A stretch of 32,000 bases of DNA from Wolbachia endosymbiont of Dirofilaria (Dirofilaria) immitis (GTDB lineage Bacteria > Pseudomonadota > Alphaproteobacteria > Rickettsiales > Anaplasmataceae), in NCBI RefSeq assembly GCF_013365455.1, contig NZ_CP046578.1, forward strand, positions 300,001 through 332,000, in the 5' to 3' direction. Position 1 is the stretch's first letter. Every line of letters starts with the position of its first letter. Below are positions 1 to 7,859 of the stretch, piece by piece. Position numbers and translations under genes: made by a program. Below the pieces are notes generated by a model that was given only the letters and a program-made list of their open reading frames with translations, ran no database searches and was not told the DNA's origin.

Positions 1-772
1 TGAAAAAATATCTCTTGAATTAAAAGTGAAAGGCCTAATAAATATTCAATTTGCCGTTCAAGAAGATAATATATATATACTTGAAGTGAACTTAAGGGCT
101 AGTCGCACAGTTCCCTTTATTTCTAAAGTAATCAATATTCCTATCGCAAAGCTTGCCACTCAGGTTATCTTAGGTAAGAAATTAGACCAGGAAAAAAAAT
201 CTATTGATCACTTTGCAGTTAAAGCTGCTGTTTTCCCATTTTCTCGTTTTTTAGGAGTTGATATTCTACTTGGTCCTGAAATGAAGTCAACGGGAGAAGT
301 GATGGGAATTGACTCATCCTTCGAGGCTGCGCTCGCGAAAGCGTACATGGGTGCAGGGTATAGGTTGCCAACAGAAGGAAAAGCTCTGATTTCAGTAAAA
401 GATGATGATAAAGAGTACATGTTGTCAGTTGCACGAATGCTAAAGGAACTGAGTTTTGAGATATATGCCACCAGGGGTACAGCTTCGTATCTAAATAATA
501 ATGGTATAGCTGCAAAAGCTGTGAATAAGGTAAGAGAAGGCAAGCCTAATATAGTTGATATGCTTAAAGATGGAAAAATAAGTCTGGTAATCAATACTTC
601 AAAAGGTGTAGAATCGGCCTCAGACAGCAAAGATATTCGTAGAGCTGTTATTTCGCAAAATATTGCTTACAGTACTACAGCTTCTGGAGGCAGGGCACTA
701 GTGCTTGCAATCCAATATTTAAAGAGTAGCAAGCTGGAAGTGAAGTCATTACAACAGATACAGAATATTTGA
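1..772 (+). CDS. carB: carbamoyl-phosphate synthase large subunit, C-terminal part (5' truncated by window edge)
   Basis: Open frame continues upstream of the listed start at 26 to the window edge (frame from base 2: EKISLELKVKGLINIQFAVQED...). Motifs NLRASRTVPFISK, GPEMKSTGEVMG and LATRGTA-like YATRGTASYL are typical of the CarB C-terminus and MGS-like domain. Confidence 0.95.
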   Translation, partial: EKISLELKVKGLINIQFAVQEDNIYILEVNLRASRTVPFISKVINIPIAKLATQVILGKKLDQEKKSIDHFAVKAAVFPFSRFLGVDILLGPEMKSTGEVMGIDSSFEAALAKAYMGAGYRLPTEGKALISVKDDDKEYMLSVARMLKELSFEIYATRGTASYLNNNGIAAKAVNKVREGKPNIVDMLKDGKISLVINTSKGVESASDSKDIRRAVISQNIAYSTTASGGRALVLAIQYLKSSKLEVKSLQQIQNI

Positions 773-960
773 GTACTAAGAATAAAATAGTTTTATGTAA
801 GTAGTTTTAGCATTTTTTAGAATTGGGTCTGTTTTGCTTATAGCTAATGAAGTTAGAATTTATTGACGTTATCTGCAATTCGTTTGCTATACAGTTATAT
901 ATCTAAGCTAGGTAAGAAAAGGATAATATACTAGATTTAGATTATATGGAAATTTACATG

Positions 961-1034
961 CGGGAGTGATGAGACTTGAACCCATGACCTCATGCGTGAC
1001 AGGCATGCGCTCTAACCAACTGAGCTACACCCCC
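961..1034 (-). tRNA. tRNA-Asp (anticodon GTC)
   Basis: Reverse complement GGGGGTGTAGCTCAGTTGGTTAGAGCGCATGCCTGTCACGCATGAGGTCATGGGTTCAAGTCTCATCACTCCCG folds as a cloverleaf: acceptor GGGGGTG/CACTCCC, anticodon stem CATGC/GCATG, loop CTGTCAC. Confidence 0.95.
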
Positions 1035-1200
1035 ATTTTTGGGCTTTGCTTTTAAGGCTAATGGGTACACTACCTTTTGTCAATATTTTTATTTGCGTTT
1101 TGGTCTCTTTTATATTATCATAAAAATAATTTAATTTCATGTATGGCTTATACAGATAGAGATTGTGCCATGTGAAGATGAACCGTTTGGAGGAATTAGG

Positions 1201-2040
1201 ATGGTAAATTTGCCTGAAATCACTATACGTGATTTAGCTGGGTCTGGTGTGCATTTTGGTCATAAGGTTAGTCGATGGAATGCAAAAATGGCTCCATATA
1301 TATATGGGATACATCAAGAAAATCGTATACATATAATTGATTTGCGGAAAACATTACCACTGCTACAGGTAGCAATGAGAGCTTTATATGACGTTGCATC
1401 TCAGGGTGGTCGTGTTTTATTTGTTGGCACGAAATTTCAGGCTTTGGATATTATTGCAAGTGAAGCAATTCGTTGTGGTCAATATTATGTAAATTATCGT
1501 TGGCTAGGTGGTATGCTTACTAACTGGGAGACTGTTTCTTCCTCAATAAAGACTTTAATCCAATGTGAGAAAATTTTAAATAATGGAAATAGAATTTTAA
1601 CGAAGAAAGAATTAGGGAATATTGAAAAGAAGAGACAAAAACTTGATAAGGCATTAGGTGGCATTAGGGAAATGGGAGCAATTCCAGATATTTTGTTCGT
1701 TATTGATACTAATAAAGAGCACATTGCAGTTAAAGAAGCTAAAAAATTAAGAATTCCAATAGCTGCAGTACTTGATACTAACTCCAGTCCAGATGATATT
1801 ACTTATCCTATACCAGGAAATGATGACTCAAGAAAATCAGTAGAGCTTTATTGCAGGTTAGCTGCTGACTGTATATTATCAGGGATAGAATCCAGTTTAG
1901 CAAAATCTGGAGTTAAGGTTGGTAATGTAAAAGGTAGTGAGTTTATTCAAGAGAAAGGAAATAGTGTTGTAGAGGTTAAAAAGGGATATAGTAAAGTTCA
2001 TAGAAAGGAGGTGATAGTAAATGAAAATGAGTCTAGGTAG
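1201..2040 (+). CDS. rpsB: 30S ribosomal protein S2 (start preferred at ATG 1201 over track start 1165)
   Basis: [36 protein letters not shown]...IHIIDLRKT...[10 protein letters not shown] are classic S2 signatures. Followed by tsf. Confidence 0.95.
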   Translation: MVNLPEITIRDLAGSGVHFGHKVSRWNAKMAPYIYGIHQENRIHIIDLRKTLPLLQVAMRALYDVASQGGRVLFVGTKFQALDIIASEAIRCGQYYVNYRWLGGMLTNWETVSSSIKTLIQCEKILNNGNRILTKKELGNIEKKRQKLDKALGGIREMGAIPDILFVIDTNKEHIAVKEAKKLRIPIAAVLDTNSSPDDITYPIPGNDDSRKSVELYCRLAADCILSGIESSLAKSGVKVGNVKGSEFIQEKGNSVVEVKKGYSKVHRKEVIVNENESR

Positions 2041-2890
2041 TATAAGAGAACTGCGTGGTAGAACAGGACTTGGTTTGAGTGATTGTAAAAAGGCGTTAGA
2101 AGAGTGTGATGGTGATATCAAAAAGGCCATTAACAGGTTACGTGCAATTGGTCTTGCTAAAGCTGATAAAAAGATTAACAAGGTAACTTTAGATGGGCTA
2201 ATTACTATGCATTTAAGTGAAAACCGTGGTGTATTGATAGAGCTCAATTGTGAAACTGATTTTGTTGCGAGGAATGAGAAGTTTATAAAGTTAATCTTAA
2301 ATTTAGTATCAATTGCTTATCGAAAGCGCTGTACTAGTGTTGATGATTTAAAAGATGCTAAGTATGAAGGTGTTGGTACAGTGCAAGAAGCTATTATGAA
2401 TACAGCATCTGTTTTTGGTGAGAAAGTAGAGCTGAGCAAACTTTGTTACCTGGAAATTAAAGATGGAATTATCGCTGGCTATGTACATGGTGATATGCGT
2501 AACCTAGGTAAAGTTGGAGCTTTAGTTGCATTGCAATCATTAGGTGATCAGTTAAAGCTACAGGAAATTGGAAAGCAAATAGCAATGCATGTAGTTGCTA
2601 TGAAGCCTGAAGCTCTTTCTATAGATGGTTTAAGTTATGCAAGATTAAATAGTGAGCGTTTTATGATTGAGGAACAAGTAAATAGTTTAAGTAAGCCTGA
2701 AGAAATAACAGAGAAAATAGTAGATGGTCTAATGGCCAAGTATTATGAAAAAGTTATTTTGTTGGAGCAGAAGTTCATTAAAGATGATAAGATGAAAGTT
2801 TCTGATTTTATAAAGTTGAGTGAGTTGAATGTGAATTCTTCTATTAAATTGTCTGATTATAAGTTACTTGTTTTGGGTAATAAAAATTAA
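2021..2890 (+). CDS. tsf: elongation factor Ts
   Basis: [35 protein letters not shown]...[23 protein letters not shown] precedes the ATG at 2021, and the ORF overlaps the rpsB 3' end by 20 bp. Confidence 0.97.
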   Translation: MKMSLGSIRELRGRTGLGLSDCKKALEECDGDIKKAINRLRAIGLAKADKKINKVTLDGLITMHLSENRGVLIELNCETDFVARNEKFIKLILNLVSIAYRKRCTSVDDLKDAKYEGVGTVQEAIMNTASVFGEKVELSKLCYLEIKDGIIAGYVHGDMRNLGKVGALVALQSLGDQLKLQEIGKQIAMHVVAMKPEALSIDGLSYARLNSERFMIEEQVNSLSKPEEITEKIVDGLMAKYYEKVILLEQKFIKDDKMKVSDFIKLSELNVNSSIKLSDYKLLVLGNKN

Positions 2891-2900
2891 GTAGTTAGAA

Positions 2901-3647
2901 ATGACTGCTGCAACAGATGAAGAAAGTAAGCTAATAAAATACTCTAGGGTATTATTCAAAATTTCTGGTGAAGCTTTAATGGGGTCACGGCATTTTGGTC
3001 ATGATATGGAAGTTATAGATCAATTGTGCAAAGGTATAGCTGATATTTATAAGCTTGGGGTTCAGGTGTGTATTGTAGTTGGTGGTGGTAATATCTTTCG
3101 TGGTGCATCTACATTTTTAAGTGGTTGTGAAAAAGCAAGCAGTGACTATATTGGGATGCTTGCAACCATAATTAATGCTTTAATTTTGCGAAGCTTTTTG
3201 GAAAAAAATTCAGTAAGTTCTAGAGTGTTGTCTGCAATACCTATGACTACTATATGTGAGCCTTACATAAGGAAAAAAGCTATTCGTCATTTGGAAAAAG
3301 GCAGAGTAGTAATCTTTGCAGCTGGTACAGGTAATCCATTTTTTACTACAGATACAGCTGCGGCTCTACGTGCTGTTGAAACGAATTGTGATGTTATCCT
3401 GAAAGGTACCCAAGTAAACGGTGTGTACTCTGCTGATCCGGAAAAAAATGAAAATGCTGTAATGTATGATAGGCTTTCTTATATGGATTTGTTAACACGT
3501 GATTTAAAAGTTATGGATGCATCAGCCATCTCTCTTGCGCGTGAGAATTCTATTCCAATTATAGTTTTTTCTTTAAAAGAGGAAAAAATAATCAATATTA
3601 TTAAGGGCCTTGGTACTTGTACTGTAATTTCGTCAGGCTGTAAATGA
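2901..3647 (+). CDS. pyrH: uridylate kinase (UMP kinase)
   Basis: [13 protein letters not shown]...[10 protein letters not shown]...[19 protein letters not shown]...NGVYSADP. Conserved position after tsf. Confidence 0.97.
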   Translation: MTAATDEESKLIKYSRVLFKISGEALMGSRHFGHDMEVIDQLCKGIADIYKLGVQVCIVVGGGNIFRGASTFLSGCEKASSDYIGMLATIINALILRSFLEKNSVSSRVLSAIPMTTICEPYIRKKAIRHLEKGRVVIFAAGTGNPFFTTDTAAALRAVETNCDVILKGTQVNGVYSADPEKNENAVMYDRLSYMDLLTRDLKVMDASAISLARENSIPIIVFSLKEEKIINIIKGLGTCTVISSGCK

Positions 3648-3657
3648 TAGGTAATTT

Positions 3658-4215
3658 ATGTTGAATAAAGTAAGAACTAAAATGAAAGAAAAGATGCTAA
3701 AAACTGTTCAGTCTTTTCATAATGATATTAAGGGTATACGTACCGGTAGAGCTAGTTCATCATTACTAGATGGCATAGTTGTAAATATCAATAGTGGACA
3801 TCAAAAGCTAAATCAGGTTGCTGACATTTCGGTTGTAAATAATAAAACTTTATCAATTAAGGTTTGGGACATTAGTGTTATAGGTGAGGTAAGAAATGCT
3901 ATATTAAGTGCTAATCTAAATTTAAACTCTGTGATTGAAGGTAATGTTATACGTATAACTCTTCCAGATCTCACGCAAGAAGCTCGTGAAAGATTAGTAA
4001 AATTATTGTACCAGTTTGCTGAAAATGCACGTGTTGCCGTTAGAAATATACGCAGAGATGTTATGGAAGAAATAGGGGAAATGCAGGAAAATAAAGAAAT
4101 CTCAAAAGATGATTTTCATGGTGCTAAAAAGCAAATACAAGATATTACTGATGATAGTATCAAAAGGATTGATAATGAGTTGTCCATTAAAGAAAAGGAA
4201 ATACTATATCGCTAA
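3658..4215 (+). CDS. frr: ribosome recycling factor
   Basis: IRTGRASSSLLDGIVV...NVIRITLPDLTQEARERLVKL...ARVAVRNIRRD. Conserved position after pyrH. Confidence 0.96.
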   Translation: MLNKVRTKMKEKMLKTVQSFHNDIKGIRTGRASSSLLDGIVVNINSGHQKLNQVADISVVNNKTLSIKVWDISVIGEVRNAILSANLNLNSVIEGNVIRITLPDLTQEARERLVKLLYQFAENARVAVRNIRRDVMEEIGEMQENKEISKDDFHGAKKQIQDITDDSIKRIDNELSIKEKEILYR

Positions 4216-4221
4216 GTTGAC

Positions 4222-4482
4222 ATGAAAGAAGCCTTCAGTAGTAAAGATAAGCAAATTACTTTAAAGGATGTTGTCCCAGTGCTCCGATACTGGAGTCTAG
4301 CTTTTAGTAATTTTATTAAAAATATTGTATTTATAATGTAAGATTGGTTCTTTTATGCTCATCGACCTAGTGTGCTTGTTGTTTGCAATCAAAGTTTCCG
4401 GATTTCAGTATTGGAGCATTGGGATAATACTCTCCAGATGCATGCTGAAATCCAAAAGAACTTTGCTCAAGTTAAAACCTGA
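4222..4482 (+). pseudogene. candidate decayed ORF in frr-uppS spacer, interrupted by one in-frame TAA (4339-4341)
   Basis: One frame reads MKEAFSSKDKQITLKDVVPVLRYWSLAFSNFIKNIVFIM*DWFFYAHRPSVLVVCNQSFRISVLEHWDNTLQMHAEIQKNFAQVKT*. Same strand and position as the surrounding operon-like block. Confidence 0.45.
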
Positions 4483-4492
4483 TTAAATTTGA

Positions 4493-5188
4493 ATGTTAAA
4501 TCTAGAATCTTTACCAAAACATTTAGCAATTATAATGGATGGTAATAGTAGATGGGCAAATAAGCAGGGGAGGGTAAAGGTTGATGGTTATAAAAGGGGT
4601 AGTGAGGTTGCGTATGACATTGCTAAGTATTGCATAACTTTAACTATACCATGTTTAACTTTATATGCATTTTCTATGGAAAATTGGCTCAGGCCTAAAG
4701 AAGAAATTGATTGTATATTTGATTTATTTTACTTTGCTTTGGCAAATGAGGATAAAGTTAATTTTATTTGTAACTATAATATTAAATTGAACTTTGTTGG
4801 AAATTTAAATCTGTTACCTCAAAAAGTATTTGATCAAATAAAAAAAGTAGAAGAAATGACATGTAAAAATGATGGCTTATTACTTACTGTAGCGGTCAGC
4901 TATGGAGCAAAACAAGAAATTATACATGCTATAAGTAATATAATAAAAGAAAATATTGATTATGTGTCAGAAGATAGATTTGAACAATTTTTATATACTA
5001 AAGATTTACCAAAGCTAGACTTGTTGATTCGTACTGGTGGTGAAAAAAGGTTAAGTAACTTTTTGTTATGGCAAGCAGCTTATGCTGAGTTGTATTTTTG
5101 TGATACTTTATGGCCTGATTTTTCTTGTCAAGATTTAAGCAGAGCATTAGAAGACTACGCAAAAAGAGAGAAAAGATATGGTAGATAA
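4493..5188 (+). CDS. uppS: isoprenyl (undecaprenyl diphosphate) transferase
   Basis: PKHLAIIMDGNSRWANKQG...LIRTGGEKRLSNFLLWQAAYAELYFCDTLWPDF signatures. Confidence 0.95.
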   Translation: MLNLESLPKHLAIIMDGNSRWANKQGRVKVDGYKRGSEVAYDIAKYCITLTIPCLTLYAFSMENWLRPKEEIDCIFDLFYFALANEDKVNFICNYNIKLNFVGNLNLLPQKVFDQIKKVEEMTCKNDGLLLTVAVSYGAKQEIIHAISNIIKENIDYVSEDRFEQFLYTKDLPKLDLLIRTGGEKRLSNFLLWQAAYAELYFCDTLWPDFSCQDLSRALEDYAKREKRYGR

Positions 5189-5804
5189 TAATTTTATAAT
5201 TAGAGTACTGTCTTCAATAATAATATTGCTTATATTCTCTTTTGCTATGTATTTTAGTGATTTATCATTTTACCTACTGGTTTTTTCGATAGCGGTTCTA
5301 TCTTCTTTTGAATGGTATAATCTGACTCGGGGAAGCAGGATCTTATGTGTTTTCGCGTTAGCATTGATTGCACTGCCGAATGCTTCGTTGATATACTTAT
5401 ATAATCTACCGCAAGGGAAATATACATTAGTATGGCTCATCTTGACCGTTTGGAGTATTGATGTCACTGCGTATCTGTTTGGTAAGAATTTTGGTGGGGC
5501 TAAAATTTGCCCGATTATTAGTCCTGGAAAGACTTGGTTAGGTCTTTTTGGTGCAGCTTTAGCTGGAATAATATGTACGACTTTTGGGTCAGTATTTTTA
5601 AGTTTATTTTCAATTTTTTATTCTCCGGTAATTGGACTTACGGTTGCTATTCTAGCACAACTTGGTGATTTTACTGAATCACTTATCAAAAGAGCTTATA
5701 ATGTTAAAGATAGTGGAAGTATGATACCTGGTCACGGAGGAGTACTTGATCGTATGGACAGTTTCATCTTCACTGCTCCTCTTATTGCTATCTATGTAAA
5801 CTAG
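5178..5804 (+). CDS. cdsA: phosphatidate cytidylyltransferase
   Basis: Hydrophobic N-terminus and the CdsA signature region GDFTESLIKRAYNVKDSGSMIPGHGGVLDRMDSF. Overlaps uppS by 11 bp. Confidence 0.92.
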   Translation: MVDNNFIIRVLSSIIILLIFSFAMYFSDLSFYLLVFSIAVLSSFEWYNLTRGSRILCVFALALIALPNASLIYLYNLPQGKYTLVWLILTVWSIDVTAYLFGKNFGGAKICPIISPGKTWLGLFGAALAGIICTTFGSVFLSLFSIFYSPVIGLTVAILAQLGDFTESLIKRAYNVKDSGSMIPGHGGVLDRMDSFIFTAPLIAIYVN

Positions 5805-5835
5805 CTAGCTTTAGAAAATGAAATGCTATTAAAGT

Positions 5836-6057
5836 TCATCCATGGATTCTTTTCCTTTTATTAGCTCCTGTCATAATGCACTTATTAGTAAGTTTAGATT
5901 CTTTAGATTTAAATTCTTCATCCATTGGTTTATTACAGTAAGGGCAGAACGTTCTTCCTTTTTCTTTATATAAATATATTAGCGGATGGCCGAAACCTTC
6001 GTCGTCCTCATCACCACGGCAACAAACTATTACACTATTATTTCTTACTTCTGTCAT
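5836..6057 (-). CDS. small zinc-finger protein (NDUFS6-like CHCC zinc-finger family)
   Basis: 73 aa with GHPLIYLYKEKGRTFCPYCNK, typical of alphaproteobacterial zinc-finger proteins related to the NDUFS6 C-terminus. Confidence 0.8.
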   Translation of the reverse strand: MTEVRNNSVIVCCRGDEDDEGFGHPLIYLYKEKGRTFCPYCNKPMDEEFKSKESKLTNKCIMTGANKRKRIHG

Positions 6058-6122
6058 GCTGCTCCTTTGGTTTATACTATTTTATGTGTTAAATATATAT
6101 GTTTGAGAGTGGAAAATAAACA

Positions 6123-6636
6123 TTATTCTTTACTTCTTGCTCTATTCATATTTAGGTTAATCAGTTCTTTTTGAACGCTTTCTGAAGTAAATTTGCTAAC
6201 ACTTTCTCCTAATCTCGCTATTTCTTTTACAAAACTTGATGAGATGAACTGAGTGTCTTCAGAGGCAGGAAGAAATATAGTCTCAATTTCAGGAAGAAGT
6301 TTATAATTTATCCAACTCATTTGAAACTCATAATCAAAATCTGATACTGCTCTAAGTCCTCTAATGATAATAGAAGCATTTTGCTCTTTTGCGAACTTCA
6401 TTAATAACCCATTAAAAGATACAACGTCTGCACTAATTCTTAACCTTTTGATTTCATTTTTGACCATGCTTGTACGTAGCTTTGCGTTAAAAGTAGTGTA
6501 CTTATTAGTGTTTTCTGTAACACCAATTATTAATTTATTGATTAATTTATACGCCCTTTTTTATTATATCAATATGCCCAAAGGTTATAGGATCAAATGT
6601 ACCTGGGTAAATTCCTGTTCTATTACTAGTGTCCAC
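6123..6636 (-). pseudogene. coaD: phosphopantetheine adenylyltransferase with a +1 frameshift near 6546-6552
   Basis: Minus frame from GTG 6636 reads [29 protein letters not shown] then stops. One base later the next frame reads KLINKLIIGVTENTNKYTTFNAKLRTSMVKNEIKR...IIIRGLRAVSDFDYEFQMSWINYKLLPEIETIFLPAS...FISSSFVKEIA to the stop at 6123. Together these form a full-length CoaD. Confidence 0.88.
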
Positions 6637-6718
6637 CCTTTATTTTTATGAAAATTGCTATTAAAAACTTTTAATAGACACGATAACATTTTTTATCTAA
6701 GAATGGAAGCACGTGGTT

Positions 6719-6791
6719 GGCCTGATAGCTCAGTTGGTAGAGCAAAGGACTGAAAATCCTTGTGTCGCTGGTTCGATTCCTGCTCAGGCCA
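6719..6791 (+). tRNA. tRNA-Phe (anticodon GAA)
   Basis: GGCCTGATAGCTCAGTTGGTAGAGCAAAGGACTGAAAATCCTTGTGTCGCTGGTTCGATTCCTGCTCAGGCCA: acceptor GGCCTGA/TCAGGCC, anticodon stem AAGGA/TCCTT, loop CTGAAAA. Confidence 0.97.
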
Positions 6792-6824
6792 CTTTTTCTT
6801 TCTTGTTAAGTTTTCCTTCTTTTT

Positions 6825-6902
6825 GATGCTAAATAATTTATTATATGTTATCTCACTTACATGAATGTAAGTGAGATAACATATAATAAATTATTTAGCA
6901 TC
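6825..6902. repeat. perfect inverted repeat, 38-bp arms (6825-6862 / 6865-6902) with 2-nt spacer
   Basis: GATGCTAAATAATTTATTATATGTTATCTCACTTACAT-GA-ATGTAAGTGAGATAACATATAATAAATTATTTAGCATC, compared base by base. Confidence 0.97.
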
Positions 6903-7859
6903 TTATTAAGCATAGTTCTATTATTCAATGGTATCGCTTATACAAACACTGATAGAAGTTTATACTCAATAAATAGAAATATAGTTGTTGGTTTATTAAA
7001 AACAGAGAAAGAAATATATTCATATGAGGTTGGTTTATTTCAAAATATTTATGAAATGTTTAATAATTGGAAGGCAAGAACTGTACTGATTGACTACGAT
7101 AAGATAATTAACCTTGAAAAAATCCAGGCAGAGTCATTTAATCTCGCAAAACAAGATGAAATATTGGCAAGGAAGCTAATATTGAATAGAGTAAAAGTTA
7201 AAGTTGCAAAGTTCATTGAGGAGTTCAAAATAAATAGAATATTTATTCTAGGGAGTTACTACAATTCATACTCTGGACCACTTTCTCCTACTTCTTGCCG
7301 TCAGCTTGTTATTGAAGCAATTATGGAAATAGTAAATAGCAATCCTGCAATTCACTTACTTGCTATGTGCGGCGGCTTACAAAGCATTATGAATGCAAAA
7401 GGGATTGAAGTAGTAAACGCGACAGATCTTGTAAGTGATAAAGAAAAGCGAAGGTTTCATTCAAGATCAACACCTAATCCACAGCAAGAAGACATTCCCC
7501 TCCAGCAGGTAAGGATAATTCCAAATAGCCGCTTAGCAAAAGTAGTGGCTAAGTTTTTGCTGCCTGATGAGAACGGCTGGTTTTTAACATATTTTCTGGG
7601 TGCTTATTCAGGAGCAATAAATAATACGCTAGAAAATAGAAAGAAATTGGAGTTACTTGGGTATAAAGTTGTAGCATTTTCCAATGATGGAATAATAGAG
7701 GCTATTGAAGATAAGCATGGTAATATCTGCTTTCGAGGTCATTTAGAAATACTTACTGTAAAGCCAAATAGAAACCTATATTTATTGAATCATAAGGCAC
7801 GTCATGTTCCTACACTAGTTGTTATAGCAATTGTAAGTGATTTTCTTTACCGTGATTAA
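6861..7859 (+). CDS. putative secreted/anchored class-I glutamine amidotransferase-like protein (peptidase C26, gamma-glutamyl-gamma-aminobutyrate hydrolase-like)
   Basis: N-terminal hydrophobic segment LFSILLSIVLLFNGIAY, nucleophile-like LLAMCGGLQSI, DGIIEAIE and GHLE (H-x-E) pattern matching the C26 order. Confidence 0.65.
   Translation: MNVSEITYNKLFSILLSIVLLFNGIAYTNTDRSLYSINRNIVVGLLKTEKEIYSYEVGLFQNIYEMFNNWKARTVLIDYDKIINLEKIQAESFNLAKQDEILARKLILNRVKVKVAKFIEEFKINRIFILGSYYNSYSGPLSPTSCRQLVIEAIMEIVNSNPAIHLLAMCGGLQSIMNAKGIEVVNATDLVSDKEKRRFHSRSTPNPQQEDIPLQQVRIIPNSRLAKVVAKFLLPDENGWFLTYFLGAYSGAINNTLENRKKLELLGYKVVAFSNDGIIEAIEDKHGNICFRGHLEILTVKPNRNLYLLNHKARHVPTLVVIAIVSDFLYRD

Noticed and set aside
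208-630. Minus-strand ORFs inside carB (208-630 and 219-515)
   Set aside because: Lie fully antisense to a well-supported conserved gene and have no recognisable domain. Shadow ORFs.
1897-2247. 116-aa minus ORF over the rpsB/tsf junction
   Set aside because: Antisense to two conserved genes, hydrophobic low-complexity product with no motif.
6364-6651. 95-aa plus ORF opposite coaD
   Set aside because: Its length comes from being the complement of the coaD region. The coaD reading explains the conserved signal.
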